DNA of 64,000 bases from Ruditapes philippinarum (taxonomy: Eukaryota): contig NW_026865856.1 of the NCBI RefSeq assembly GCF_026571515.1, positions 62,001-126,000 on the forward strand, given 5' to 3'. This document shows positions 11,601-23,900 of this stretch, piece by piece (position 1 is the first letter of the stretch; the number at the start of each line of letters is the position of its first letter). Position numbers and translations under genes: made by a program. Below the pieces are notes generated by a model that saw only the letters and a list, made by a program, of their open reading frames with translations, was not told the DNA's origin and searched no databases.

Positions 11601-13939
11601 TTTCAAGGGCTGGGTTAGAATCTGCCTCCCTCCTGGCTTCTGATAGATTGTTCTGGAGTCCTTCTAAGTCCTCATTCCAGCATGGCTTATAATTCTTCCT
11701 GGCACCCCGAGGTATGCACTTATGGGCAGCTTTAAGAGTGGCAGCGTTGAAGTCCTTAATGCCTTTATTGACGTCTCTGCCATCTACTCTAATGTCTCTG
11801 CAGAGATCATCAGTGAGTCTGCCTTCTTGTAGTTCCATCGAGGGAAATTGGACTCTGTTCTGACCTTGCACTGTATGGTGAGATAAACTGGGTGGTGGTC
11901 GCTTCCGCCTTATTGTTCACCTACTTCCCTGGTGACATTGCTGTGAATGTCTTCTGTATAGAAGGCCAGATCAGGTGTGGATGTGGAATGCCAACGTCTG
12001 GAGTAGAATGTTGGATGGTCGTCAGGGTCATTTATCTGGATCAGAATCAGGTTATACTCATCCTGCCAGGTATCAACCGCCTCTCCGCGCCTGTCCATAT
12101 GGTCATATCCCCAGCTCTGGGAATGGCTGTTGAAGTCACCAACAACAAGGTAATTTGTGTCCTCTGGATCGATAGTGTCCAAGGATAGAGCTCTGTCATT
12201 TGGTGAGTAGAGGTTTACAACATGTATCACCCAATCGCTCAGTCTAAGGCACAAAACATGAAATGAGCATTGTTTTTGTGCTGCTCAACAACCGCGTCTA
12301 CATGTTTGCAAGCACTCAGCCATCTGTCCGCACCAATCTCTTCAAATGCATCATTAGTAATCTTCTGAAAATCCCCGAATCTGAACTATAAAAATTTGTG
12401 AAAATTAGTTTTGAACTGTTAAAAATGTATTGTCATATTCGCAAGTTTTATATTAATATAAAACTTTACTAACCTAAATGTAGTATTTCTTTTACGAATA
12501 ATGTCTTTAAGCTGGCTCCAAATGATCTCTATTGCATTAAAACCGGGATGATACGGAGGCAGCCTCAGAATTTCATGGCCGTTTTCTCTAACGAGTTAGT
12601 CAATGGCGTATGTTGGAGGAGGTCTATTCATCCGTGCCAACTCTAGAAGCTGTGCACGAAACAAGGAGTCATTGAAAGAGATATTGTGTCTTTGTAGCCA
12701 GATCTGGAAATATAAAACAGCAAAGATATCAATTTACGAAAAAACATATACATGTATACAGCAAGTGATTATTTTATTGATCAATGTATAAAGGACTAGC
12801 TACCTTAATATCCTCTTTCCGAGTGTTCGATGTGGGGCATCTCTATGTCTGGACGGAATGATAACTGGCATTATCCATCACTATGGCACACGGGCAGTCA
12901 AGGTTTGGTATGCACTGGGTCTACATCCATTTCTTTTCGCCGTTGATTTCTCAATGGTAATTCCCTGTGCTTGATGAGGCTTTATGAATAGGTTGATCTC
13001 TAGGAACAAATCCATCTGTCGATCTTGCATGCAAAACTATCAACATCTGTCCTTTATTACACGGCATAAATACCCTGGTTTGTTTGGTCCTTGCCAGCAT
13101 CGTTTTGCACAATATGCAGAGTCAACCCAAGTTTTGTCCACATACACTAGTTTAAATCCTAGATCTTCTAGTTCTTTCTTCCTCATATAGTATGAAAACC
13201 TCTGTGATACAATAGACGGCTACAAGTACTTTCCTGTCGTTTGAAGTTCTCTTCCAACGCAAGCCCAACTGCCTAACTACTTTCCTCAAAGTTTATATAC
13301 TTCCAGGAAAATTAATGTCCGTTTTCAGTACTGTGTGGGGGTTTCTTAGTGTTGGCAGCTGTCGACGTACCGTATAAACTCATGGATCTGGTTCCTGATT
13401 AAAGTTGTGTCAAAGTCATCTAGAGGTTTATAATCTCCTCTCTGAGACCGCTGTAGAGATTTCAATGGTCCTTTGTGTTCCTTTCTAATTCTATATACAG
13501 TCCTAGTACTAACCCCGGTCGTCCGAGCAGTGCGCTCGATGCACGACCCGTTGTCTTCCTTTGGTTGCTTTAGAAAGTAATTTTATACATTTATAACAAT
13601 CTGTTTAGCTTTCGAGCCAAGATGGCTAAGATTGTTCAGGCATGCTTAAGCAAAATCCCCATATATGTAATATAACACCCTCGTAATGAGAGTTTTTATC
13701 GTGAATCCCGTGAATACTAGTTTACACAAATGTTTGTTTTCCGACAAAATACATGTATGCCGCAAAAAGAAGAAAATAAAGACTTATTGTACTAAAAGCA
13801 ATCGTGACTTTTCAAAACATGAATTGCATATTAGAAATTAATTCTCGTAATCTATACGGACAGAACCGAAGTGAATTTGATTATTTAAATGAGTTATATA
13901 ATGTATTCATTATTGACAGGGCAATAAATCACGTGACTA
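8611..13939 (-). mobile_element. IS630-Tc1-mariner DNA transposon, DD81E (Sailor-like), decayed, with nested LINE
   Basis: TA duplication (8609-8610 / 13940-13941) splits the A promoter sequence gtcacctgTAtcacgtgac; imperfect TIRs (tgattttatttacctgtcaaataatga versus rc tgatttattgccctgtcaataatga). Transposase motifs on - strand: RTARTTGVSTRTVYRI, VYVDKTW (~13136), IVMDNASYHS (~12873), LRLPPYHPGFNAIEIIW (~12527); acidic tail INLADDSSSDSD at ~8830-8892. Confidence 0.85.
8893..12260 (-). mobile_element. Non-LTR retrotransposon (I-group, Ingi/I-like): APE + RT + RNase H, 5'-truncated and frameshifted
   Basis: Fragmented ORFs: GDFNSHS..PDLAF (endonuclease), YRPISLTS..QAGFR, GVPQGGVLSPTLF..YADDLV (RT), YTDGSA and QWIPAHCGIPGNEKADELAK (RNase H), CSCG..HLLQQCP; (GAA)n 3' tail at 8893-8912; GC-rich relative to flanks. 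The 5' boundary is approximate. Confidence 0.92.
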
Positions 13940-14059
13940 TATCACGTGACTTCAGGTACCAAATTGTCAAAAAACATAATTGTTGTGGATAATCAATGTT
14001 CCACATTTATATTTTGTATCAATTACAAAAGACCCTCCATATTCCCTTACATGACATGT

Positions 14060-14265
14060 TTGTTTGTTTTTACGCCTTGTCAAAACAGTATTTCAGTCAC
14101 ATAGGCGGATAGTTTCCTAACCATCGTTCCTGGATAGTTACACCAGTACTAGACTACCTTCCTCCGTGCTAAACTACCAAAGCATCTTCCGGGGATTGAA
14201 CCCGCGCCAGAGAGGTAACTGGATTAGAAGTCATCGACTCCAACCCCTCGACCACGGAGGCGGTC
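14060..14265 (-). mobile_element. tRNA-derived SINE, family 2
   Basis: Pol III head on - strand (CCGTGGTCGAGGGG..GGGTTCAATCCC), (AAAC)n tail, 12-bp duplication TACATGACATGT; empty site at ~32271-32283. Confidence 0.8.
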
Positions 14266-14289
14266 TACATGACATGTGCATATGCATAA

Positions 14290-15390
14290 TTATGCAAGGG
14301 TATATAGAACTTAATATTTGGACACAATTCATTTCAATTTATATTTATCTCTGTATGAATGACAAATAACTCATGTGGTCCAAGAAAGTTTCTGTAAATA
14401 TCAATCAGAATTTACCTGTAGCATTCAATTCATTAAAAGAATGGGACAGTCTTCTTATAGAATAAGCAGAGTTATAGTTTATCCAAAACACTCTGTTCAA
14501 ATCAACTGTTGGTCAATCATTATAATAGCAGGCAATCTTTTGAAATACAAGTATTTAGTTAATTTAGATCACATTGACAATGAAAATATGAGCATAATGT
14601 CACTTTAACTTGTATGTTGAGGAGAAACATCAAGGGCTGGTCATAATCAGACTTAAATTGTTAAATTTTCAAAAGATTTAATTGTTGACTTTCTTGATAT
14701 TTCTCCATTGCCCTCTAGTTGTGTCATTTGAATGTGATATTCAAAATATACAGAATCAGATAGCTTGTAATATTTTTTTTGTTTTTTTGTTTGTTTTTTG
14801 TTTGTTTTTTTTGTTGTTTTTTTTCTTTTCTTTATTAACTGCTGTACTAGTTGTCTCTTGCTGTGCACTTTTGTGACAAGAATTATTTTTATTTCTTATA
14901 AGTAAAAAAAGGTTTCCAGACTATGATCGTACTGCATATTTCATTCATTTGATCAATTTAAAGGTGAAAACTACCCTCTCAAAATAATTTGAAACTATGT
15001 ACATTGTATTTGACCAGAGCCATATACTTAGCTAATTTTTTATTTCATGAAGAATTTCACACTGCAATATAGTACATGGCTTCGTTGTTGAAAAGTTTCC
15101 AAAATAATCTTCATGAAAATGGTAACTTAATTATAATATATTAACTTTCTGAATAGGAATATGTTTTCAGTGTACTACTATGTTATGTTACATGTACAAT
15201 GTATGTGGTTTATTCAATTTAATTGTTGATGGAATACTGGACTGAGATTTGGTATTTAACATTTGTTTACATATTGAATGAGGGTGATGATAAAAAAAAT
15301 TGTGCTTTACTGATAGACACAATTTATAAATATTTAAATGATATGTACATAATAGAAATAAATATAAAAATATATTGTACAGATCTGTAA
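14290..15390 (+). repeat. Segmental repeat X (direct copy of ~1-1000; inverted copy at ~30920-32040)
   Basis: Shared long blocks, e.g. gtacaatgtatgtggtttattcaatttaattgttgatggaatactggactgagatttggtatt and aaatgatatgtacataatagaaataaat. Confidence 0.85.
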
Positions 15391-15957
15391 GATTTTTTTT
15401 ATCAGAACTTAAGAATGGTTCTAAAAAACAAGAAAATTATTCAAAGTTGGTGCAGTTTAGATATAACATAACAATGTATAAATATATGAAATAGAATATA
15501 CGACAACCTAAAAATCAATGCTCCACTGAACCATTCCTTGACAGAAACATAAATCATTTCAAAAGAACATACATAAATTAACATTTTTTGCCACATGTCA
15601 TGTATGGGAATATGGAGGTTCTTTAGTAATAGAGACAAAATATAAATGTGGAACATTGATTGTCTACAACAATTATATTTTTGACATTTTGAAATTTTAG
15701 TTTGAATACTTCTTAACTGGTGTAAAGGTGGCAAAATCCACAAGGTCTCCTATAGCACAGCTATCGAGAAAAATGAACTTCTTTCTTCTGACAATCCATT
15801 AGTGTATAATTAAATAATCCAAGGTTAAAACACAAATTTCATACAAATCTGTTAAAGTTAGAGCAGCTTATAGTCAAAATACATCAACATTCTGTAAATA
15901 TGTCTTTACATCTAAATGATGATAGCAATTCAAGGAATTACATTTTTTATAAATATA

Positions 15958-16072
15958 TTGTTTGTTTGTTTCATTTTACGCCTTTTCCCAACAGTAGTTC
16001 AGTCATATTGGCGGGTAGTTTCCTAACCATCGTTCCTGGAGACTTACACCAGTACTAGACTACCTTCCTCCA
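15958..16072 (-). mobile_element. 5'-truncated SINE family 2 copy
   Basis: Matches 14060-14165; flanked by a TTATAAATATAT direct repeat. Confidence 0.7.
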
Positions 16073-17209
16073 TTATAAATATATACACACTCTGAAATAG
16101 CCAACAAATAGACACAAATATGTTCGATTTACGAATCAAATCACTCCCCTTTAACATCCTAACAACATTCACACTTTCAATCTGTCACAAATACCTCCCT
16201 CCCCCTCACAGATCCCCTCCCCCTTTGCTTATCCCCCCCTGATGCACTTCAATGCCTATTTTTAAAACAACACTGAATCAAATTCAGTACAGTGTTTACA
16301 TTTTTGAACACTTAAATCACACCTACAACAGTTCAAATAGACTTAAACACACTATGATTCTAATTGATTTTTAATGTGTGCAAAATTTTACTTAAGAATC
16401 GTTCTTAACAAGCTTATTTGTAAACAAACTAATTTATTTCAGCTCAACACTAAAATATTCCTTTGTTTTCCCAGTTCCATTCATCATTCTGTGTTACATA
16501 ATTTCTTGTGGCAAAAATTTTAGTTAAGAATCTTTCTTATAACAAGCTTATTTGTTTCAGTTCAACACTTGATTAAAAGATCTCCTTTGTTTTCCCATTT
16601 CCATTCAATCATCACCAGTTACATAATTTCTTGTTGCTTGTTTTTTTAACTGTTTTTCATCCAATAAATATATAAAGTAGTTGAGTGGTTTTGTGTTACA
16701 CTATTTCATACTTGTCAACATAAAAACAGACTTCCGATGAATATTTAGCAGATGAGTCATCCTCCAATAGTTTTATTTCTGTAATCTATAAAGATACAAA
16801 TCATGCGTTAAAATTGTGAATATACAATTATATTTTTATACCAAACTTGACATTGCTTGGTTTCGCTTATAGGATGTATTTCATTTTATGCACTTTATTA
16901 TGTATGATGAAATTAAAATTTATATTGGATGGAGGCCCAAATTCCTGCATTCCCAGCATTACAATAAAGCCGGCAGACAAGAAAAAAACACGTATTTCAT
17001 GTCAAGTATCTTTCTTACAAGAAAGTTACCAATGGTTGCAGTGAATTTTTAATTTGTGCATCTTTAATGTTATATATGATTCAAAGCCAGGCATAATATC
17101 TTAACAGCAGATTTTTTAAGATAACATAATCATGTACAATAAAGTATTGACAAAAATATCTGAAAATCCATAAACTACCAATTGATGGACATCTCTATTG
17201 TCACACTGA

Positions 17210-17335
17210 TACAGGGTCTTTCCAGCTTTACTGGTGGAGGAAGACCTCAGGTGCCCCTTCGTGCATTTAGCCAAGACACAAGCAGGCTTCTGAATAGAAC
17301 TACCGGTCACCCATTAGCTAGCTGGATAGCATCCA
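17210..17335 (-). mobile_element. SINE family 1 fragment
   Basis: Reverse complement of the ccagctagct..gggcacctgaggtcttcct..aaagctggaa body. Confidence 0.7.
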
Positions 17336-20069
17336 CTTTTCTACCATGATTTGTTTTCAAATGAGTAAGATAAACATTTTTACCCTTAAAGGCTTTAAAA
17401 ATTTTCAAAGAACTTCTGAGTCTTGTATACTGAACATGACCAATGTATATAGATATTCACTTCGGATTTAGTCATAGGATAGATTTGTAAAAAATCTGTC
17501 AAAATATTTAAATTCTCAGTATCCAAGAGAAGTTTTGCCAGAATGTAAATTAAAATGAAGATTTTTTGTTTGTGTTTTTGAAATTGATTATCCATGACAA
17601 CATTAAGTAAACAAAATGTATAAAGGATAGTATGTTGCTGATTAACATGTGACCTAACCTGGAGTACTGGAATATAAGGGAGTGTCTATCTATATTAAAT
17701 AGGCTAATGATTATCATATTATGTACTGGGAGCTACAGGAAATGAATTATCTAACCATTCAATCTGACAGATAGCATATATCAATCATTGCTATGATTAC
17801 ATACATATATATAAGGCAGTTACAGAAGTTAATTCACACAAAGTACATGTATAGGAATGGTTGATATGATTAATTAATTTAATGTCCTAAACTAAAATAT
17901 ATGGTCTCATTAATTTTGATGAAATTTATATCATCAGTCAAGGAAACCCACTGATATAATAATTATTAATAAATGTATTGTATGTAATCACATATATGTA
18001 TGACAATAATGGAAGATAAATAGATCTATAATATGTAAATAGGCATTGAACCCTATGGACCGAGTGGACGGGGAAGTCAGATAATAACAATTTGTTCAGT
18101 TTTTATTTTACATTTTTTCATTTTAAGTCATTTGGTATTACAAGCACCGCTACGCCAAAGCTCGCAAATTGACTTCCCCATATAATTGACAATACGCCAG
18201 AGAAGAGATTGCTCCGCCCACTGATTCACGTGACCCTATCATTCAGATTCTTAGATAAAACACAATACCGACGTTTACAGGAAACTATTATGCAACTTAA
18301 GTGACTAAAGAATTGACCTTATATAAATTGGTATACATAAAAAATTAATGCTTTTCTTGGATAGTTCAATGTATTATGGTGTTTAAAAAAGTAACACATA
18401 ACTGCATTTATGCATTAATTATGAATACAGTAAAACGTTTGGCAAAGATCTTGTTAGATTTCTCGTTGACTTCAATGAAGATGTTTCTGACAAAATATCA
18501 TTTTAGTTTACAAATTAAAAGATAGTTAAAATTGAAGTAGCGGTACATATAAATAGTAAAATTATATCAATTGCACAGTAACATTTACAAATGTCTTTAG
18601 GGTTTTATGTGCGAAATCACTTACATATAATGTATTTTTGCATAAATTGTTAAAATTGAATGAGAAAATTGCCCTTGCGTAACTTTGTAGTATGATTTAT
18701 GATTATATGTATATTTCTACATTAGATATTTTTCGTGATAAAACGCAATATTATTCACTTCAAAATAAGTTTCGCATACACGTACCAGATCGTGAGACCT
18801 CGGTTTTAAATTAAAACCGTGATCAGGTATGATGTTATTGAAACAGATGTATCTAAATATTTAATCTTAATTCATTGAGCTTTCATAGAAATATTTGGGT
18901 AGGATAATTTTACATGAAATATTCATTGCATATTCTCTCATTTTATTTGCAAGTACTTTTTTCTACTGCAGCATTTTATTGACACTATTTGAAGAACGAA
19001 CAAACAATGTCATATCAGACCTTACAATATATTATGTAATTATGAATAGACATAACTGTAATAAAGGAAGGAATAGAGTATTTGTTAAACCTTTTCCTTG
19101 TTTAATGCATTGTGGTATAGCCAGGCTTCATAACCTCAGATTCCCATTCAAAATTCAATTTTATTTAGTTCTACCCATTGTTTTCTCGTTTAGAGCAAAC
19201 GCATTTTTTTACTTGGGGACCATATGCCACTTTTCATGGAATGGCACTAACGTAACACATTGAAGGTTCCATGGATGTTTCAAAATTCAAAATTTTACCA
19301 AGTCATGTTAAATGTTGAATACCACTTAAGCTGGTGATAGTGGGCGTGGACGGCTACTTGCACATTCCATTACCGTCCATGAACAGGCTCAATCAAACCG
19401 AGCCTGCAACATTTTCAATTTTGTCGTTTTGTACGTTCTTTAGGGATTCTTTATTTCTCTCTATTTTAACTTTCGTCAGAGATGTAAATAACATCTAGAT
19501 AATATCTATGTCTCTGCTTTTGTACCTGCTATATAACTTATTATCTTCATATATACAAAGTTACTGATATTTTTTTGTAAAATTAACTAACTGACTCCAT
19601 CTGTCAATATGTCAGGATAGTTGGTAACTTTGATATACCGATTTAATAGCTTTAAATTGACAAAAAAAATCAATATAAATACTGCTGCACCATTGTCTTA
19701 TACAAATAGCTTGTTTAAGAAAAATGGCGAATTTTGCAGACATCTTAGCGTGAAACTGATAACGATCGCCGACTGGCTTATTTGTAAGACCCCTGAATAT
19801 ATAATATATTATAATATAATATTATCTCCTGGACATATTTATGTGTATTAACATGGGAAATTGCCTTATATAGATTCCAGAGAAAAATCTCGATTGGACA
19901 TTATTTGGCCTATACATAAATTTTAACCAAGCCTGTCCAATTAAAAACTTGTACAAAGACTACCAAAGTATCATATACATACATTATCAAAACGGTTATA
20001 AAAGTCTACATAAGTGCTGACACTCATTAAAACGGAAGGGGAAATCTGAGAAGAAAGTTGTTAGGTAGA

Positions 20070-20520
20070 AAGCAGAAAATCTGACGGACAATCCTACCAT
20101 ATACATTATTCAAAACAAGGCTTTAATTAAAGAACTAACGTAACTATTTGATATATAAGTATAGCAACCATTCCAGTAAACAGTTATGATTTTTGAATTC
20201 ACTTAAGTCTCCTACAAAATGAAATTATTTCTACCTGAACTGAATTTACCTGTCCAAAAGGTAAATAATGTAACCAAAACCAGTATCGCAAGAAAAACGA
20301 CATTTTTCTACTAATATGTGGATACGAAAGTAGTTAACAAAACTATTAGTGCTTTATAATTCATTCTGTTTGAGTGGTTTTCATTCCATTTTCCAAATAT
20401 TTTACTCAAAATTTACAATCAAAATACTACGGAAGTAAGTTTGGGCATACGCAATTACTCATACCTTTACGGTAAATACATTTCAAGAATTAATTATTTT
20501 ATCGTAAATGAAAAATATAT
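20070..20520 (-). pseudogene. Inverted remnant of gene B promoter/exon 1 (B')
   Basis: Reverse complement of ~48390-48860. ATG at 20364 reads MNYKALIVLLTTFVSTY*; the first donor is mutated (ACAG|GT > ACAT|AT). A short B intron-1 homology also occurs near 18005-18045, but I found no B exon 2. Confidence 0.8.
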
Positions 20521-20844
20521 TCTTCATACGCGATGCGTGACAGTGTCATTTTTGCATTAATTTAATGAAACATATTTAAGCGGTGATAATATAACCTAAA
20601 GTTATTTCAAGCTTACGGGTGCTGGATAAGACTTAATTATATAGAACTACTCGCCCATAGAGAATACCTTCAATATTTTTCAAGACGAAGTGTATGCATG
20701 TAAAAATGATGACAAAAGTTGAAGTGTTATATATATCACTGGTAGAATAACTCCTGGGGTAGGTTCGTTAATTTAATACATATGCAAATATAAATGCTGT
20801 CTAAAATATTTCGTGTAAAATGATTTCTATATACAAATATTTTG

Positions 20845-20900
20845 TACCTGAAGGCACGTGATACAGGTGACACAAACAAGTTGAATATTCCGGAAGTGAA
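20845..20900 (+). promoter_or_regulatory. Gene A proximal promoter: E-box CACGTG and ETS-like CCGGAAGT
   Basis: Motifs ~100-140 nt upstream of the ATG; also present at 32375-32425 (A3) and 46665-46715 (A4, -), where the ETS-like site reads CCGGAAAT. Confidence 0.5.
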
Positions 20901-20990
20901 TTTCAACAATAAATAGTTTAATATTTCGATACTTTTAAAGAATTTGTTTTAAGTTACAACGTAATCAACCGCTGCTGATCAACCAAGAAC

Positions 20991-23900
20991 ATGTTTAAAA
21001 GTTGCTGGATCATTGCTGCTGTTGTCGCAGTTCACCTGATCGGCACAGGTATTTTCCTTGTGAAATCAAAATGGCGCTCATGATATGAAAATGTAACTCA
21101 CAAGCAGAATAAGCGACTGATGCCAGTATTGGAAAACTTTGACAGCTCTCTTTCTTTATGCCCCAACAATGTGGGAGCATGTAGCGTTGCACTTGTCCGT
21201 CCGTACGTCCCGAAATCTTGTGAACGCAACTCCTCTTAAACCGGATGGCAGATTTTGCTTAAATTTACAGGGATGAACAACCTTAATGTGTAGATGGAAG
21301 TAAAGGAAGGAAATTTTGCTGCGACCAAATTTAACAGAATTATGGCCCTTTGTTGATTTTTTCACTATATACTATGTAGAAATTTTGTGAACGCAACTCC
21401 TCTTAAACCGGATGGCAGATTTTGCTTAAACTTACAGGGATGAACAACCTTAATGTGTAGATGGTAGTAAAGGAAGGAATTTTTGCTGCGATTAAATTTA
21501 ACAGAATTATGGCCCTTTATTGACTTTTCACTATATACTATGTAGAAATTTTGTGAACGCAACTCCTCTTAAACCGGATGGCAGATTTTGTTTAAACTTC
21601 CAGGAATGAACAACCTTAATGTGTAGATGGTAGTAAAATAAGGAATTTTTGCTGCGACCAAATTTAACAGAATTATGGCCCTTTGTTGATTTTTTCACTA
21701 TATACTATGTAGAAATTTTGTGAACGCAAGTCCTCTTAAACCGGATGGCAGATTTTGCTTAAACTTCCAGGGATGAACAACCTTAATGTGTAGATGATAG
21801 TAAAGGAAGGAATTTTCGCTGCGACCACATTTAACAGAATTATGGCCCTTTGTTGATTTTTTCACTATATACTATGTAGAAATTTTGTGAACGCAACTCC
21901 TCTTAAACCAGATGGCAGATTTTGCTTAAACTTCCAGGGATTAACAACCTAAATGTGTAGATGGTAGTAAAGGAATGAATTTTTGCTGCGACCAAATTTA
22001 ACAGAATTATGGCCCTTTGTTGATTTTTAGTTTTCAACTTGTGGCACATGTAGTCCAAAAAATATTTGACCTAGACTCATAAGATTGACAGAACAGTGGC
22101 GTGTGGGGGCATCCGTGTCCTATGGACACATTTCTAGTTTTTGTTATATAATGAAAATGTTCGTTGAAAACCTAGTAGAAAACAATTTAGATAAACTTTT
22201 AATAACTTCTAAAAAACCTTTAACAAATGAAGAAAATATGAAGCTGATTATTTACATAAATTGCTAATACAGATTAACTTAAATGTACTGAATGGGGATC
22301 AAGATACTTTACTACCTAGACTTGCCAAATCTAGATATTCTGAGACATTTTTATTCTGGGTCAGAAGCTGGCTCTTTGCCCACAATAATTAGTGCATTAC
22401 AATAAGTTGGGTAAAGAGTCAACTCGGCCCTATATCAACGGGTCAACTCGGCACATGTCAACTCAGCCCACTTATGAGGAAAAAAACATATTAAACGTAT
22501 TAACTTTTATATTACTGTACTTGCATGTTATCAAGGCAAGTAGTTTCAAATGAAAAATAAGAGATATCTGGTATATTTTTGTTATAACCTCCTCACAGTG
22601 ATTACCTCCCTTGGCAGCATTGTACTGATAATGGGAGATCTCTGCGTAGGAGATGATATTATTTTATAACTGTACATAGTACTTCTGTAGAATTAAAGTA
22701 TATTTAGAAGAAATTTGTTTCGTTTCTTCTTGCAGATTCGTAAAAAAATTAGTTTTTAGTTTTTTTTGTAAAGTAATCTTCACTAAAATATCAAATACGT
22801 CACTTATTATTATAAAATATTTTTAAATGTTCTTTATCTTATATACATAAAACAACATGTAATGCATTTATTAACATGCAATGTATTTTGCAATGTCACA
22901 AGGATGAATTATAATAAGTTTTTATTACCCAAATCATTGAAAACTCTTTCATTACCAAAAATGTAGTAATAATTTATGAAAACATCTTTCCACGTTTGTA
23001 AATAAGTCCATATATTAATTATTTGGTTCCAACAATAGTGATAAAACCAATATATCAATAAATTGAAAAGTGGGCCGAGTTGACCAGTGCCAATGCTGGA
23101 ATAGAACCGAACTGACTCTGGGGGCCGAGTATATTTTAGGGCCGAGCTAACCCTGATTCATTAGTTGGACTATTCACTCCCAAACCAAAGAAATTGTGAG
23201 CCAGAACATTTAATTATATATACAACAGTCACAGAGTTAATATTGAATATAAATCAACCTTTTATTATTTGTTTATTTTGTTCCTTTTAATAATTTCTGA
23301 TAAAATGTGTACCAATTTTATTATTTTGTTTTACAGTAAAATGTCAGCTGGACCCAGAGATTGTAGATGAGATTATACCAGAAGTTACATCACAGGGCGG
23401 ACAGGCAAAACTTAACTGTACTGTGGTAAATAAGCAGGATGCTCATACTGTAAGTATAAATAATTATTACTTATTAATATTCAGAGTCAAACAGTCTAAT
23501 AAACTCTCTTAATGTAAATATTTACAATGAGAATACACTCAAGAACATTGCCTCAGAGTTGATATGAACTGCGTAAATTACAAAGAAATATTGAATGAAA
23601 AGGCATGAGTTATCTGTCTTGTTTTGCGATCATAATTATATGTTGATCACTGTATTCTAGAATATGTTAACGATATACATTTGTAAAGTTTACAAACATG
23701 TTACATGTATTTTATATGTATTTAGAATCCAACTCTTGTGCACTGTCCACTAAATTAGTTATTAATTGAAATAATGTATAGATGATGTTTAGATGTATGA
23801 AATGCTCGTGTTATTTTGACATAATACTTCGATTACATGTATTAACTATTGTTTTGTAAATTAAGTATATGTTTCGTCACTTCCATTCCCTTTTTGCGCA

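Noticed and set aside
8893-12260. GC-rich island as horizontally acquired or retron-like RT system
   Set aside because: Domain order APE-RT-RNase H-Cys/His with a simple-repeat tail is an ordinary non-LTR retrotransposon.
18895-19263. 122-aa ORF
   Set aside because: TTG start, AT-rich composition, no recognisable motif or supporting splice structure.
21219-22030. Regular repeat array as a CRISPR, or ORFs 21156-21562 as genes
   Set aside because: Whole 167-bp units repeat with no unique spacers, there are no cas genes, and the context is a eukaryotic intron; the ORFs are by-products of the repeat.
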